Shown here one piece after another: positions 43,058 through 57,469 of a stretch of 64,000 bases of DNA (position 1 is the first letter of the stretch; each line of letters starts with the position of its first letter). The notes under the pieces were generated by a model. The model saw only the letters and a list, made by a program, of their open reading frames with translations. It had not been told where the DNA came from and did not search any database. Position numbers and translations under genes: made by a program. The stretch comes from the human T2T-CHM13v2.0 reference genome, Homo sapiens. The stretch lies in assembly GCF_009914755.1 (NCBI RefSeq), contig NC_060939.1; one strand, 5' to 3'.

Positions 43058-43102
43058 ACATCATCCAGTGGATTCTGTCCAACGTCTTCCATCATAGCGT
43101 CC
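43058..43102 (-). pseudogene. TMCO5B: TMCO5B coding exon 1 (ATG ATG at 43095 and 43092; MMEDVGQNPLDD + GT, phase 2)
   Basis: Acceptor cattttAG at 43104-43103; donor gtaagt starting at 43057. Confidence 0.92.
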
Positions 43103-43958
43103 CTAAAATGTGAACACAAACATCCGTTATGGAAAAGCCCCTAACAGCCAATGCAGTAATTGCCCCAGGAATGAGCAGGTAAAAGGTAGACCTTGTGTTC
43201 AGGCCACACAGAGCCAAGAAGAAACGTAAGCCTCCTACACTCTCATGCTTCCCATGATCAATTGCAGTATTTTTTACAAGCTAAATTTCAGTAAACCAGA
43301 TCATATTTTAATTTAAAACTCTCATAAATGAAACCCACTGGAGCACAGGAATCTTTTTGTTTTCAAAATTTTCCACACTTTGGCTCCACTTTCCTTTTCT
43401 CACCTACATTTGTCCCGTCACAAGTTACTAAGAGTACTCATGTATGTCTATTGACAAATATACTGAGTGTTTGTTTTTAACCAAACCTTCAGAGAAACTT
43501 TAAAAAATAGTAGAAGAGTTAGAGGGTACCAAAAAGTTGGCTGACTGATTTCTATTAGCTTATTACCATCCTACTTTCAAAAAATCTCTATTATAAGTGG
43601 AGTTAACCCTAAAACAACAGCAGAAACAGCAGCATGGGCAACAGGATACAACTACTGAAAGGAAGAAACACATGTCAGGCTCTCAGACACAGCATATCCT
43701 AATCATCGCACTACACAAGTTCAGGACCAAATCCAACCTAAGAAAAGTAGAGAACAAAATCTGTATTCTCCTTTCACATTGCATCTTCTCTTCTTTTCCC
43801 TTCCTGTTTAAGCTCTTTTGTTTTAATCTCCTTTTCAATTTCTTCTCCTGCCTCCTCCTTTTTTTTTTTTTTTTTCCCACTCTCCCTGGATTTTACTTTT
43901 CTTTCTATGGTCTTTACACATAGCAATGTGGTGTGATGATGATGCCCTCTGAGCTCAC

Positions 43959-44160
43959 CCTTCTCTTCCCAGTTGAGATTTCTTCTGATCCCAACAGAGA
44001 TTTCCAACTGAACGTCAGAACTATCAGAAAGGGCAATGCCTTACTGATAGTAAGCACGCATAGCTGGACCTATTATATAATCTCTGGCTGGGCCGGCCAG
44101 TGTGTCATAGTGGGTTGGGTGGGTGAGGGGAAGCAGGGGGGCGGGTGGGGCAGCAACAAT
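43959..44160 (-). promoter_or_regulatory. TMCO5B: Candidate TMCO5B core promoter and non-coding first exon
   Basis: Coding exon 1 has a splice acceptor, so an upstream exon is implied. Donor AGG|gtgagc at 43959/43958; TATA-like TTATATAATA at 44080-44071; GC/GT boxes at 44112-44150. Confidence 0.45.
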
Positions 44161-45138
44161 CCATCTGTGGCATCACTGTGGGCACAGTGGGAGCAGAGTT
44201 CAGCCCTTTAGGACGGTCTAGATCTCTTCTGTAGCAGCAATAAGATCTATGAAACAGATTTCTAGGTACAGTTTAAATCTCTTCCAAAGCAGTAATCAGT
44301 TTTATAGAACATATTTCATTTTTCCAAATCTCTAGGCCTAATGGTACCTGTGATCACTTTCATTTCTCTTCCATGATCTCTGTGTGGCATGTGTACAAAT
44401 TGCTGCCCCCAAATCCAAAGTGTGCATCTATATTGAATGCATCCAGGAGCTATAAGGTAGGGATGTCAGAGAGCAAGCCAGGAAGGACCTGAGAGAAGAC
44501 TTATCTAATAGCTAAGCAAGCCTCATTCTCACCCAATCAGATTCTTGGAGTTGCAAAACAAGCCTCTTTATTTTCCCTTAACTGGCAATGCCATCATTGG
44601 GAAAAAAGGATCTGACGTTTCAAAGGTGGAAGGAGTGTGTGGAGGTGGAACAGGAAGGAAGAGGAGCGTAGGGTCCAGAGATTCCATTTTACTGCCTACT
44701 CCTTTGGAATTCCCTCTTCGCTTTTTGAGGTCTTAAATTGCCGGAACAGTAGATGGCATTTTACACGTCAGTGTCACTCTACTAACCATTCCTGGATTCT
44801 TCTCTGTGTTGACTAAGAAGATGAGGCAGGATACAGAATTGAAGAGATATCAATAAAGGTGTGTGTTTGGACTTCAAGTCTGTCCATTTCTGTCCTGTAT
44901 ACGCAATTTGCTCCCCTATGATCTTTTCTGTTTCTTTCTTTCTTTTTTTTTTTTTAGCTCAAAATGAGAGAATTCTTCTATGATTTAAGTCTAACCTTTT
45001 CCAGATAAATTGTACCAATCTCAAGTTGCTGAAAAGTCCTTATAAGACACACTACTGTTTCTCCCAAAACATCTCTCCCGTGCAGTAATATCTCCCATAA
45101 TCTTATCCATCCTTTTCAGTTAGCTGAAATGCTGCTTC

Positions 45139-45191
45139 TGTTTCAGTAGGTAGCTGGTAAGACATGAGCAGAGCCGGAAAGGGCTTTCCTG

Positions 45192-45232
<41 letters not shown>

Positions 45233-46078
45233 ACACACACACCAGGAATCAGAAATGTGAGGCGACCATCAGGTGATGGTCAGGCTGTTGTTACAGTGCC
45301 TCTCTAAAATAATAATTGGTTGCAGCCGGTGCCAGGGAAAGGCCGTCTCCCAATAAATACAAACACCTGAAGTTGGTGATCAGCCGCTTTCTGGTAAGAT
45401 CTCAGGAGCTGGGCAAGGGGGCTCAAGCATGTACATTAAGAAGCAAAATGGGAGAGTTTAACTGGTATATGACTTCCTAGGAACATTTGACTGGTAAGGG
45501 AAGAATGCCTCGAATGAGCACACGAACAACTCTAGGAAACACACTGCGCACCTCACCTCCCAAGTGCTAGCAGGCCACTGCGCATGCGGACAGCCTACTC
45601 CAAGGGAAAAATCGGAGACAGGACGCAAGACCCCAGAAATATGGCAACATGTGAAACCTCAAGTCAAAGGTCAAACCGTGCACTTGATCTCTCAAGTTGC
45701 ACGCTTGGCCCTCTTCCGAGTGTACTTTACTTTGTTTCATTTCTGCTCTAAAGCTTTTTGTTTCTCTTTCACACTCCACAACTCCCCTCTAAAGCTTTTT
45801 GTTTTTAAATTTTTTAAATTTTTAAGAGATGGAGTCGCGCTCTGTCGCCCAGGCTGGAGTGCAGTGGTGAGATCTCGACTCACTTCAAGCTCCGCCTCCC
45901 GGGTTCACGCCATTCTCCTGCCTCAGCCTCCCGTAAAGGTTTTTAATAAACTTCCCTTCCTCCTCTAAAACTTGCCCCGGCCTCTCCTTCTGCCTGTGGC
46001 TTCTCGGTTGAATTCTTTCTTCTGAGGAGGCAAGAAGTGATGTTACTGCAGACCCATATGGATTTGCCACTGGTGACA
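45139..46078 (+). mobile_element. MER50-type ERV1 solo LTR containing (CA)n (45194-45243) and a truncated - strand AluY (about 45825-45932)
   Basis: Starts tgtttcagtaggtagctggtaagacatgagcag and ends gatttgccactggtgaca; AATAAA at about 45946. Confidence 0.8.
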
Positions 46079-47101
46079 CCTTGTACAGCTTCCTGGATGC
46101 CAGCCCCAATCCTGGCAGAATGATTCCCTCTAACCTCTTTTTGCCTCTTTGGGGATTTTTATATAGTTTTTAGGAATATGAGCATACTGGTCTTCATCCC
46201 ACAATTAGGCCACAAACCCTTTGAAAGTGCGTGTGTTAATCAAAACCATTTTTATGTATCTCCTCAGTTGGGCTACAGGGGCACTGTTCACAGGAAATTC
46301 AACAGGAATGGTGACTCCTGAAATTGTTCAAGAAGGGACCTTGGGCAAATTACTTAAACTCTCTCCAAGCACAAGTCTCCTGACTCGTGAAATGAGCACT
46401 ACTTCTACTTTACAAAGTTGCGGTGATTGATTAGATGAAATCACATATGTTAAGCTCCTAACACCATGGCTGACATACAGTGAGCGGCATCTAATTCTCC
46501 CTAATATGGTACGTGTTTTATTTTTTTTTATCTCATCTTTCTTCTGCACATGGCATATGCTATTTTTAGAATAAATGAATTAACAAATGGCTTGTTCTTC
46601 TCCTTTTGTCTAAAACAGGTATTCTTCACCCTTTTCTTCTTTCAACACAACTGAGAGACTCTAACCTGTACTCTCCCATTAGTACACTCTCAGCAACACA
46701 TTGTACCATGGCAGCATTCCCAACAGAGGGCCATGTTCCCCAGGACACCTATCCACAGTCAACACGAATGTAATTTGAAAGCCTTTGTAAAATGTCCCAG
46801 AGCAGTAGACACCTCTGGTTGAAAAACACTAATGAGGAACATTTTCCCTCCACTAAACTGCATTTTCCTTTTCTTAAAGACACTGCACAAATTCACCCTT
46901 TCGATGAAACTTCCCAAAATAAACCCTTCTTACCTTATTGCTCCAAGTAGATAGTGTGCACTTTGAAAGTGACCACATTTCCCTTTCTTACTTTACAACC
47001 AAGAAGTCAAAGCCACATTTGAAGCCCCAAATTTTTATGATTGTACTGAACATCATGGTGTATAGTCCCATCCTCACACTTTATTCATATTCGCAGAATC
47101 C

Positions 47102-47417
47102 TGATGATGATGATGATGATTATTATTATTATTATTATTATTTTTACACAAAGTCTGGCTCTGTTGCCCAGGCTGGGGTGCAGTAGTGCGATCTCAGCTC
47201 ACTGCAACCTCCAACTGCTGGGCTCAAGCCATCCTCCCACCTCAGCCTCCTGAGTAGCTGGGCCCACAGGTGTGCACTACCATGCCTGGCTAATTCTTGT
47301 AGAAATGGAGTTTTGCCATGTTTCCCAGGCTGGTCTCAGACTCCTGAGCTCAAGCAATCTGCCTGCCTCAGCCTCCCAAAGTGCTAGGATTATAGGTGTG
47401 AGCCACCACACCTGGCC
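47102..47417 (-). mobile_element. AluJ with (GAT)n(TAT)n tail
   Basis: Directly visible. Confidence 0.88.
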
Positions 47418-47544
47418 TGATCCTGATTTTTTCACTATTTTGTGTTAAATATAGATCCAGATATAGCTAGACATAGACATAGTATAGACATAGTTGTAGA
47501 TATAGATATGAGATGGGGGAGTGAGGTTGAGCGTAATGAATAAG

Positions 47545-47973
47545 CACATTGGGGATCAGACCAAACTGACTTTGAATACTGGCTCAACCACTTCACATAT
47601 GTAAAGTCTTGGATAAGTTATTTAATCCTTTTGAGCCTTGGTTTTCCAATTTATAAAATGGAAATGATGTGTGCCTACTTCGTACAATTATCTTGAGGTT
47701 GAAGAAAGGACTTATCACAAAGCCTGACACAAAATAAATGTTCAATAAATGATGATCATGATGATGATTATTTTGAGATAGGGTCCTGCCCTGTTGCCCA
47801 GGATAGAGTGCAGTGGTGCAATCATGACTCACTGCACCTTGGACCTCCTGGGCACAAGTGAACCTCCCACCTCAACCTCCCAAGTAGCCAGGACTACAGG
47901 CATGTGCCACCATGACCAGCTCATTTTTGTATTTTTTGTAGAGATGGAGACTCACTATGTTGCCCAGGCTGGC
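47545..47973. mobile_element. MIR (about 47545-47750) plus truncated - strand AluJ (about 47770-47973)
   Basis: MIR core (ttggataagttatttaatccttttgagccttggtttt) and AluJ body. Confidence 0.75.
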
Positions 47974-48179
47974 ATCATTATTATATTAACGGTATCTAAA
48001 CTGGTTCAGCATCATTAATAGTCCCTCTTCATCCATCACCTCAGGGCATTCCTCCAGGCTATGTCTCTGTCAATCATTCTCGCTCTGTTCTGACTAGCTG
48101 TAGTTCCTTCCTTTGCCACATCCTTCTTTGGCTTCTGCTTCTCTGTCCAGCCCTCTTGGCCTCACTTTTTTGCTGTCGC

Positions 48180-48538
48180 TGTATTAGTCCATTTTCACAC
48201 TGCTGATAAAAGACATAGCAGAGACTGGGCAATTTACAAAAGAAAGAGGTTTATTGGACTTACAGTTCCACACGGCTGGGCAGGCCTCACAATCATGAAG
48301 GAAGGCAAGGAGGAGCAAGTCACGTCTTACATGGATGGTGGCAGGCAAAAAGAGAGAGAATTCATGCAGGGGAACTCCTCTTTATAGAATGATCAGATCT
48401 TGTGAGACTTATTCACTATCGTGAGAACAGCATGGAAGAGACTTCCCCCCACGATTCAATTATCTCTCACCAGGTCCCTCAAACAACACATGGGAATTCA
48501 AAATGAGATCTGGTTGGGGACACAGCCAAACCATATCA
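48180..48538 (-). mobile_element. THE1 (C/D-like) solo LTR
   Basis: tgtattagtccattttcacactgctgataaa...cagccaaaccatatca; TSD gtcgc/gtcac. Confidence 0.92.
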
Positions 48539-49104
48539 GTCACCTCTACTTCAGATATTCTGGTTTTTGCCCTGGACACCATCCTTGGGCTCTTCCTTAG
48601 TTTCACTCTGTCACCTATAAATCATACTCCCCAACTGTTTACCCAGCCTAGCACTTGGAACTGTAAATCCTGTATGTTTAGATAGGGCATGAAGGCTGTC
48701 TGAAGCTGCAAATCTTTTGTCATGATACAAATATGCTATGACCACTAAGTGGTCAACATAGTGAGCTTTGAGTTGATTTAATTGCCAGTAAATACATGGA
48801 CCAGTAAACAAATTTACTAAGTAGTTGACTGAGAGAGAAAAGTTGGGGGAGTTTACTGCTAGAAACAAATATTTGGATGGGTTATGCTAATTAAAAATGG
48901 AAAGTTTGCACTCTGGATAGGGATAAATGAATTCACATGTTTGTACTAGGTAGATTAAGGCAAATGTCTTTGTTCACTGGCCAAGAAAGTGTTTTCACTT
49001 TGATCCAGTAGGGCTCTGGCATACTGGGATCTCTTAAAGGTCTTAGTCATTTGTCATCTTTGTAGAGTGAATTGCTCAAAGATGATAGTCTCCCTCTCTT
49101 TCTC

Positions 49105-50515
49105 TTTTAAACTTTTTATTTAGACATGTTTATAGGAAAACATAGCACCAAGGGGCCCCATGTACTCATTACACAGTTTTCCTCAAATACCTTTCATTTC
49201 CATAGTACAATATCAAAACCAGGAAATTGAGATTGGTGCAATGTGTGTAGATACCTCTATGACATTTTATCACAAGTGTAGATTGTGCAACCACCACAAT
49301 GAAGATTCGGAACTCTTTCACCACCACAGAGATCATCCTCATACTACCTCCTTATAGGCACATTCACTTTCTTCTCCTCCACTATCCTTAAACACTAGCA
49401 GCCACTAATGTATTTCCCATATCTATAATTTTATTACTTACAGAATGTTCTATAAATGGAATCATATGGTGTGTGATCTTTTGAGATTGGCTTTTTGTTC
49501 CACTCTTTTTATCCCTGAAATCCATCCAAGTTGTTTCATGTATCAATAGTTTATTCCTTTTTATTGCTGAGTAACATTCTATGGTATGGATATAACACAG
49601 TTTGTTTATTCACCTGTTGAAGGACATTTTGCTAGCTTCTAGGTTTGGCTATTACAAATAAACCCGCTGTGAATATTGTGTACAAGTTTTTGTGTGGATG
49701 TAAATTTTCACGTCTCTGGGATAAATGCCCAGGAGTGTGATTACTGGGTTGTATCATAAATATATGTTTAATTGTTTACAAAACTGCCAAACTACTTTCT
49801 GGAGTGGCTGTAGCATCTTACACACCCACAGATAAATGTACAAGGGATCCAATTTCTTTGCATCCTTACTAGCGTTTGGTTTCATCATTTTTTATTTTAG
49901 CTATTCTAGTAGGTTTGCAGTAATAGCAGATCATGGTCTTAATTTGCATTTCCCTAAAATCTAATGAATTTAATCTTTTCATGTACTTATTTGCCATCTG
50001 TGTATCCTTTTTGGTGAAAGTTTCCTCATGTATCTTGCCCATTTTCTAATTGTATTGTTTGCTTTTATACTATTGAGTTTAGGGAATTCTTTATGCATTC
50101 TATCTATGAATACTTTATCATGTGTGCGACTTGTAAATATTTTCTTCCAGTCTGTAGCTTGTCTTTTCAGTGCCAAAGAGAGTTTTCACAAAGCAAATTT
50201 AAAAAATAATTCATGCCCAATTTATAGATTTTTTTTTTCTTTTATGGATTTGGTGTCATATCTAGGTCTCTTCACAAAGCTCTGGGTCCCTAGGATTTTC
50301 TCCTATGTTTTATTCTAAAAGTTTTATAGTTTTCTGTTTTACATTTAAATCTATGATCCATTTTGGGTTCATTTTTCTGGAAGATTTGAGGTTTATGTAG
50401 AGTGTTTTTTTTTTTTTTTTCCTGTGGTTGTCCAATTGCTGCAGGACCAGTTGTTGAAAAGGCTATCCTTCTTTCACTGAATTGGTTTGCACTTTTGTCA
50501 AAAGCCAGTTAGCCA
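49105..50515 (-). mobile_element. L1MB/MC 3' fragment
   Basis: Track ORF 49979..50176 is ORF2-like (KRQATDWKKIF); typical antisense L1M 3' UTR. Confidence 0.85.
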
Positions 50516-50951
50516 AATGATTCTCTTTTAACAGTTTCAGCTGATTAGATCCAGTTGTAGTGATACAGCATTTTGTTTTCATATTCATAGGCAAATGCTG
50601 TCATAACTGGATTTTTTTCCTTTTCCATGGCATAGGCAGAATATAAATGTGTGATTAATTATACTTGAATTCCTAAGTAACTTTAGTAGCCCTCAAGCTA
50701 GGACAGATGCATGACTAGTTAGTAAACTCTGGATCTTTCTATGCCATATAACATATTTTGAAGCCTGGGTCTACATACATAAAAGCTTTTAAGAGTATGG
50801 ACAGTATGTCCTTTTTCCTTAGTTCATTTCTATACAGTATAAAATCCATGAATATGAACCACTTGCTGGTGAATACAAACACAGATGCTCACCTGCTTTC
50901 TTGATAAATAGTTTCATTCATGCCATCCTAGCAAATAGAAAGAATGGTATC

Positions 50952-51903
<952 letters not shown>

Positions 51904-53313
51904 TCACCTAGCAGTTTGTCTTTGTAATAATGCAGCAGGGAGCTGTAAACTTCAGCAGCTTAAGAAACAGAATTGAAGACTCCTACTTACTGTTTCAAGT
52001 TCTTTTTTATTCTCAACAGCTTAATTTTATTGAGAACTGCTCCAGTTTTGTTCCAGTACCTGAGGCTGTAGTGAAGGTCTACGCTAATTTGTATAGCTGC
52101 AGAATGCAATTTTAACCTTTTTGTTTGAAATCCCACAAGTCAGAAGGGTTTTTGTTGTCATGCTATTCTAGTTCTCTGCAAATATCACATCTTGACAAGA
52201 CAAATTGTTGCAGCGTCAGGAATTAACTGTCTTCTGACTAAGGTGAATTAATTTTCAATCACTGGATTGCGTACCTGGAAGAAGATAAAAATGTAGATTG
52301 AATATGTGTTTCAAAAGATCTTGCATTCCTTATTTTATATGCAAATATGTGAAAAATTAAATCTTTTGAGATTTAAAAGAGATCCAGTTATTTTGTATGT
52401 TGTATAACTTTTCACAACATTAAGACTAAGTTGTCAATCAAAACTAATGGAATAAAATTATATGATAATAAAATATCATTAAGAGAGCATTGTTCACAAG
52501 GTAATAGTTGAATTGTAAAATTTGTGATCAAAGATCAAAATATAATGAATGGTTTCATACCAAAAAAGAAAAATATCCTTCTAACCCATCATGACAAACA
52601 ATTTTTCTCATGGTAGTCTTAATATCTGGGAGGGATCTATAAGAATTCTAGAATTATTATTAGGACAATGGGATCGTTCAAGATCAAAATAATGATAACA
52701 GAATTTTTGAAAACTGTGAAATCTGATTTTTCCTCTGTAATGCTACCTATAATGGAGTGTGTTAATGAAAACTTAGCTGTGTCCTGCCTTTTATATCTGT
52801 TGGACTCATTCGAAAAAATGAAAATTTCAGTGGACAATGTTAGGTCATAATTCATGTGAAGCTACAGGAAATCTTAATACACTATCTATGGGATGTAAAT
52901 TGGCATGATAACCAAGGAAAACGATTTGGAGAAAACAACCACTTTGCAAAAGCACTTTTGTAAATTTGTAAATAGCAAAATAGAACTTGTACCTGTCCTA
53001 CAAGACATCAATCTCTCTATACAAAGTACCCTGAAAATACTCTTGCACTTATACCCCAGAAGAGAGTGTACAATAATTTTTGCTCTGCATTGTTAGTAAT
53101 AGCAAAACACGGGAAGCAACCCAAATGTCCATAAACAGTAGAATGGAGAAATAACAGACACACAATAGAAGAAATAATTTATAATCGTAGTCAATAACAT
53201 ACAGGAATCTCTCAATCATAATGTTGATCAAAAGAGGTAGATCACAGAAGAATGTACATATTCTAATTCAAGACATACAAAGTACAAAATAGAGTAAACA
53301 AAATGTTTTAGTG

Positions 53314-53668
53314 CAGTGGTCCCCAACCTTTTTGGCACCAGGGACCGGTTTCATGGAAGACAATTTTTCCACGGGGTGCAAGGGTGGGGGAATGGTTTCA
53401 GGAGGAAACTGCTCTACCTCAGATCATCATGCATTAGATTCTAATAAGGAGGGTGCAACCTAGATCCCTCGCATGCGCAGTTCACAGTAGGGTTTGCACT
53501 CTTATGAGAATCTAATGCCACCGCTGATCTGACAGGAGCCGGAGCTCAAGCGGTAAAGCTCGCTTAAGCGGTAAAGCTCGCTCCAGCCGCTCACCTCCTG
53601 CTGTGCAGCCTGGTTCCTAACAGGCTATGGACCTGCACTGGTCTGCAGCCAGGGGCTAGGAACCCTTG
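53314..53668. mobile_element. MER1B hAT transposon inserted in an L1ME fragment (about 53030-53770)
   Basis: Terminal inverted repeats cagtggtcccc / aggaacccttg; 8-bp TSD ttttagtg/ttttaggg. Confidence 0.88.
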
Positions 53669-53779
53669 TTTTAGGGTAGTTTTGTAGGTGATAAACTTAC
53701 AAAAAAAAAGAAAGGGCATAATTATCACAAAATTCATAATGGTTAGCATTCTGGAGAAGAGAGGGCTTTGTAGATTCTG

Positions 53780-54130
53780 TGAGTGGCACAAAATGTGGCC
53801 CTTTTGCTTCCAGTGTCCAGATACAAGGAGGCCTGGTTCTCTTGGAACTCATGCTTTGAGGGTGCCCAAGTAGCTCATGGAAAGGAATCAAGACTTGGGT
53901 CTGAAAAAGCATTCTGGCAATAGCCAGTACCAACTTCCCAGCTATGTGAGTGAGAAATCTTGAAGGTAGGTCCTCCAGTCTAAGAGCTCCAGCTAATACT
54001 TTATAAGCAAAATAGTAGTTGTTCCCACAAAGCCATCCCAAATTGTAGGTTTGTGGGGAGAAAAAGTTTGTACTTGGTTTAAGCCTCTAAGTTTTGCGTG
54101 TGGTTTGTTGTTATATAGCTTGCAGATAAG
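53780..54130 (+). mobile_element. Old MLT1 LTR fragment
   Basis: ccagctatgtgagtgag...ggtttaagcctctaagttttg...gcagataa. Confidence 0.6.
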
Positions 54131-54236
54131 CAGCAGGCTGCCTAACCCTTAAGTGTCACATGCGGAAGAGGCAAGGAACCAGGAGCAAAGTGTTCAAAAT
54201 TCTTTCAGATTTTTTTTTCTTTTAAAAAGAGTTCCC

Positions 54237-54589
<353 letters not shown>

Positions 54590-57469
54590 TTAGACAGGAC
54601 TCTTTACATCTCCTGGACCTCATAAGCAAGAAACAGCAGCCATGCCTAAAAGGTCCTATCTTAAAAAGCCTGACTGTCATCCCAGGCCCAAAGCACTGGC
54701 TAGAGAGCTTTGCTGGACGAGTCCTTCAACCTCCTGCCCTCCATGCTAGTCCTTCACACTGAAGATGACATCTCGTCTTGGTCTTGCTTCTCTCACTTGT
54801 AGTGACAGTCTTCCAGCCCTGCTGTGCTCTCAACCTGAGTGCCTAACTCTAGCTAGTTGAAACTGGGGCTTGAAAATGTGAAACATTCAGCAGGAACTTC
54901 TCTGATACAGACCTAAAATCAACAAAAGCAGTCACAGCCATCATGCCCAAGATCAATCCAACTCCACAAAAGTCAATACACAAAAAACCTAAGTCCAGAA
55001 ACTGTCCCAGGAAAATAAAAGCTACCATATGAGAAATTTCCCAAATGTAGGTTAGGGTTTTCTCCCATAGGTCCACAGAGGCCCCCTGACAGCCATAGAA
55101 AGAGCTGTCAATCTTTTCTAAAATTTATTAGCAACTCTTTCATTTTCTCAGGTACACCTCGGGAATAATTTGAAGAGTTAATTGAAACTGATATGTTGTA
55201 ATTAGGGACTTATGGTTTCCCTAGAGTTTAGGGCCAATAGCTACAGAATCTTATTAGAGAATTTAATTAATGTATTTCCTCTACATTTCTACTGACTAGG
55301 AGGGAAACCAGAACAGTGATGAAAGACTTTTCATAAAAATAAAAGAAGTTAGGTAAATTACCATTTCTAAGCCTCAGTATAAAAGAAAAATACTCTTTTA
55401 ATGCAATCTTGTTAACCTAAATAGGTTAAAATGCTTCTCTATGCTTTTTTTTTTTTTTAAATTGCCATTTCTATTTTAAGATAAATTAAGACTCAAAAGG
55501 ATATTCCAGCTTTTGGTGAAATTAGTTTGTCAAGGATTTGGAAAAAATATAATCTTGATTATAAGGGGCAAATGGAATGAAGACTATCTTAGCTAAGAGA
55601 CAACTTGAGAAAAAACTACATTAGTGTGAGATTACTCAAAGAGGGCATAATATTTCACAAAGTTCTCTTCATTCTGTAATAATAAACATTAAAGTTAATG
55701 TGCCAAAATACATCCCCATCAATCTACAAAATGTCCCCAAATAGAGATGCATTAATTAGCAGTAAATACTTTTGCATTTAGGATCAACCTGTTGAAATAT
55801 TAGTATTCATGGAAACAGTACTGTATCAGTTATTACAGTTTTATCTTGGATCTTTGGAAATGCTACTTGGATCTTTTGAAATACTACTTATAACTACTTA
55901 AAGATAACTTCTGAATAAAATTTAATGATAGTTTATTCCTCCTTATCAAGATTTAGCGTATATCTCACCTCCTCTATGAAGACTTCCACGAACTCCCAGC
56001 CCCAAGCAATTAATTACTCCATCTTCTTTAATCTCACAGCATTTTAGGCTTGCCTCCATTATAAAGGTATAACCACTCGCTGAGACATAAACTCCTAGAA
56101 TTTTGATGGTGCCAAAACAAGTGAGCTTAAACGTTAACGAGTCATAAAAGAATTGTGACACCTGTAAATTTTGTGCAATAGGAAAATTCTTTTTCAGTTC
56201 AGATGCAGCCCATATGTTATTCTTGCTACAGAGGCTTCAGGAACATTCAGAATAGAGACAGATAGAAAGCATTAGCAATATGCATATCAAGAAAATATTC
56301 CCAGTTAACGAGTATATGTTGGCAAGTATTTCACCGCACTTACTTAGCAATTCTTCTAAGAAATAAAGTTGATGGGGTCCCTGTTATATAACACCTGAAT
56401 CTGTAAATTTGCAAAGGAAAAAAAAAAACAGAATTCTCTGAATTCAGCAACAGGTGCCTTGTTACAAGAAAGTAGCTATTTAAGACCAGACCAGTATGGA
56501 GGAGGAGTAACAGGGAAGGCTTAGTAGAACCTGAGAGAGAATAAATGAGTCTAGAGCAGAAGAGAAACAATGCATGAATTAAGAGTAAGAAGGATTGGAA
56601 GTTAATCTCCAAACACCATGATACAGCATTTTTACTTATTCTACTTCCATCTACCTCTACCAATATATCATTTAGCTATACTTAAGTTAATTGAATGGTA
56701 AACTATTGTTATTGTTCTTGTTATCAGTGTGAGCCCAGGCATTCTCAATCCTTTAATTAACTTTACAAAATTTAGAAATAACCTCTCAAGTATTATCACA
56801 GACAGCTATCAGAATCAATTCAACCTGTCCAAACATTGCAAATGCAATAAAAATTCTGGCGTTCAGAATGAGTCTACCAGGTAAGCATTTTTTTTCTTAC
56901 AGAATTTCTTACAGACATTTCTTACCGAATTTTCCCCAAACACAGCATATTTCTCTAAGTGCACTATATATTCCCCAAGCATGCATTCTCCCGAATTTTG
57001 AGTTCTCAGTTATTTGTACAGTGACTGACACATAGTAGGCATTCAATAAATATTTGTGAAAAAAAGATGGTCAGAGTTCCCTTTAGCTAAACCTCTAAAG
57101 TAAAGTAATTGAGTGTTTTAATTGTGGGTACTTAATCTATCTTGCTGTTCATGATAAATGTCATATAATAAGACTACTGGTATAACAATGTTTTTTGGTT
57201 GTATCTTCACATCATTATATAGATCAACTGATTTGAATGTGGCCTTTTAAAAAAAATCAGTAACTGGGATCTCTATAATTTGAAAAATGTGTTCTTTCAG
57301 AGCAGTTATGTCTAAATAGGATCAGGTAAAACTCTGAGATATTATTTCCTTATTTTCAGTTTAGCTTGGGATCCAGAAAATAGACGGTAATTAAGAGAAA
57401 TGATGTGGGTTTTCAGTTCATGCAAAAGAACATTCTTCTCCAAGGGAATATCAGTTCAAGTCTGCATGC

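Noticed and set aside
43597-44211. Overlapping low-complexity ORFs (poly-K, poly-F, poly-Q)
   Set aside because: Explained by the poly-T and pyrimidine tract in the presumed first intron; no splice-consistent link to the TMCO5B frame.
44219-44249. Small inverted repeat tagatct...agatcta
   Set aside because: A 7-bp stem is expected by chance in 64 kb; no RNA-gene features.
52637-53096. Possible processed-pseudogene fragment
   Set aside because: No recognisable protein similarity, polyA tail or TSD; a translated database search would be needed.
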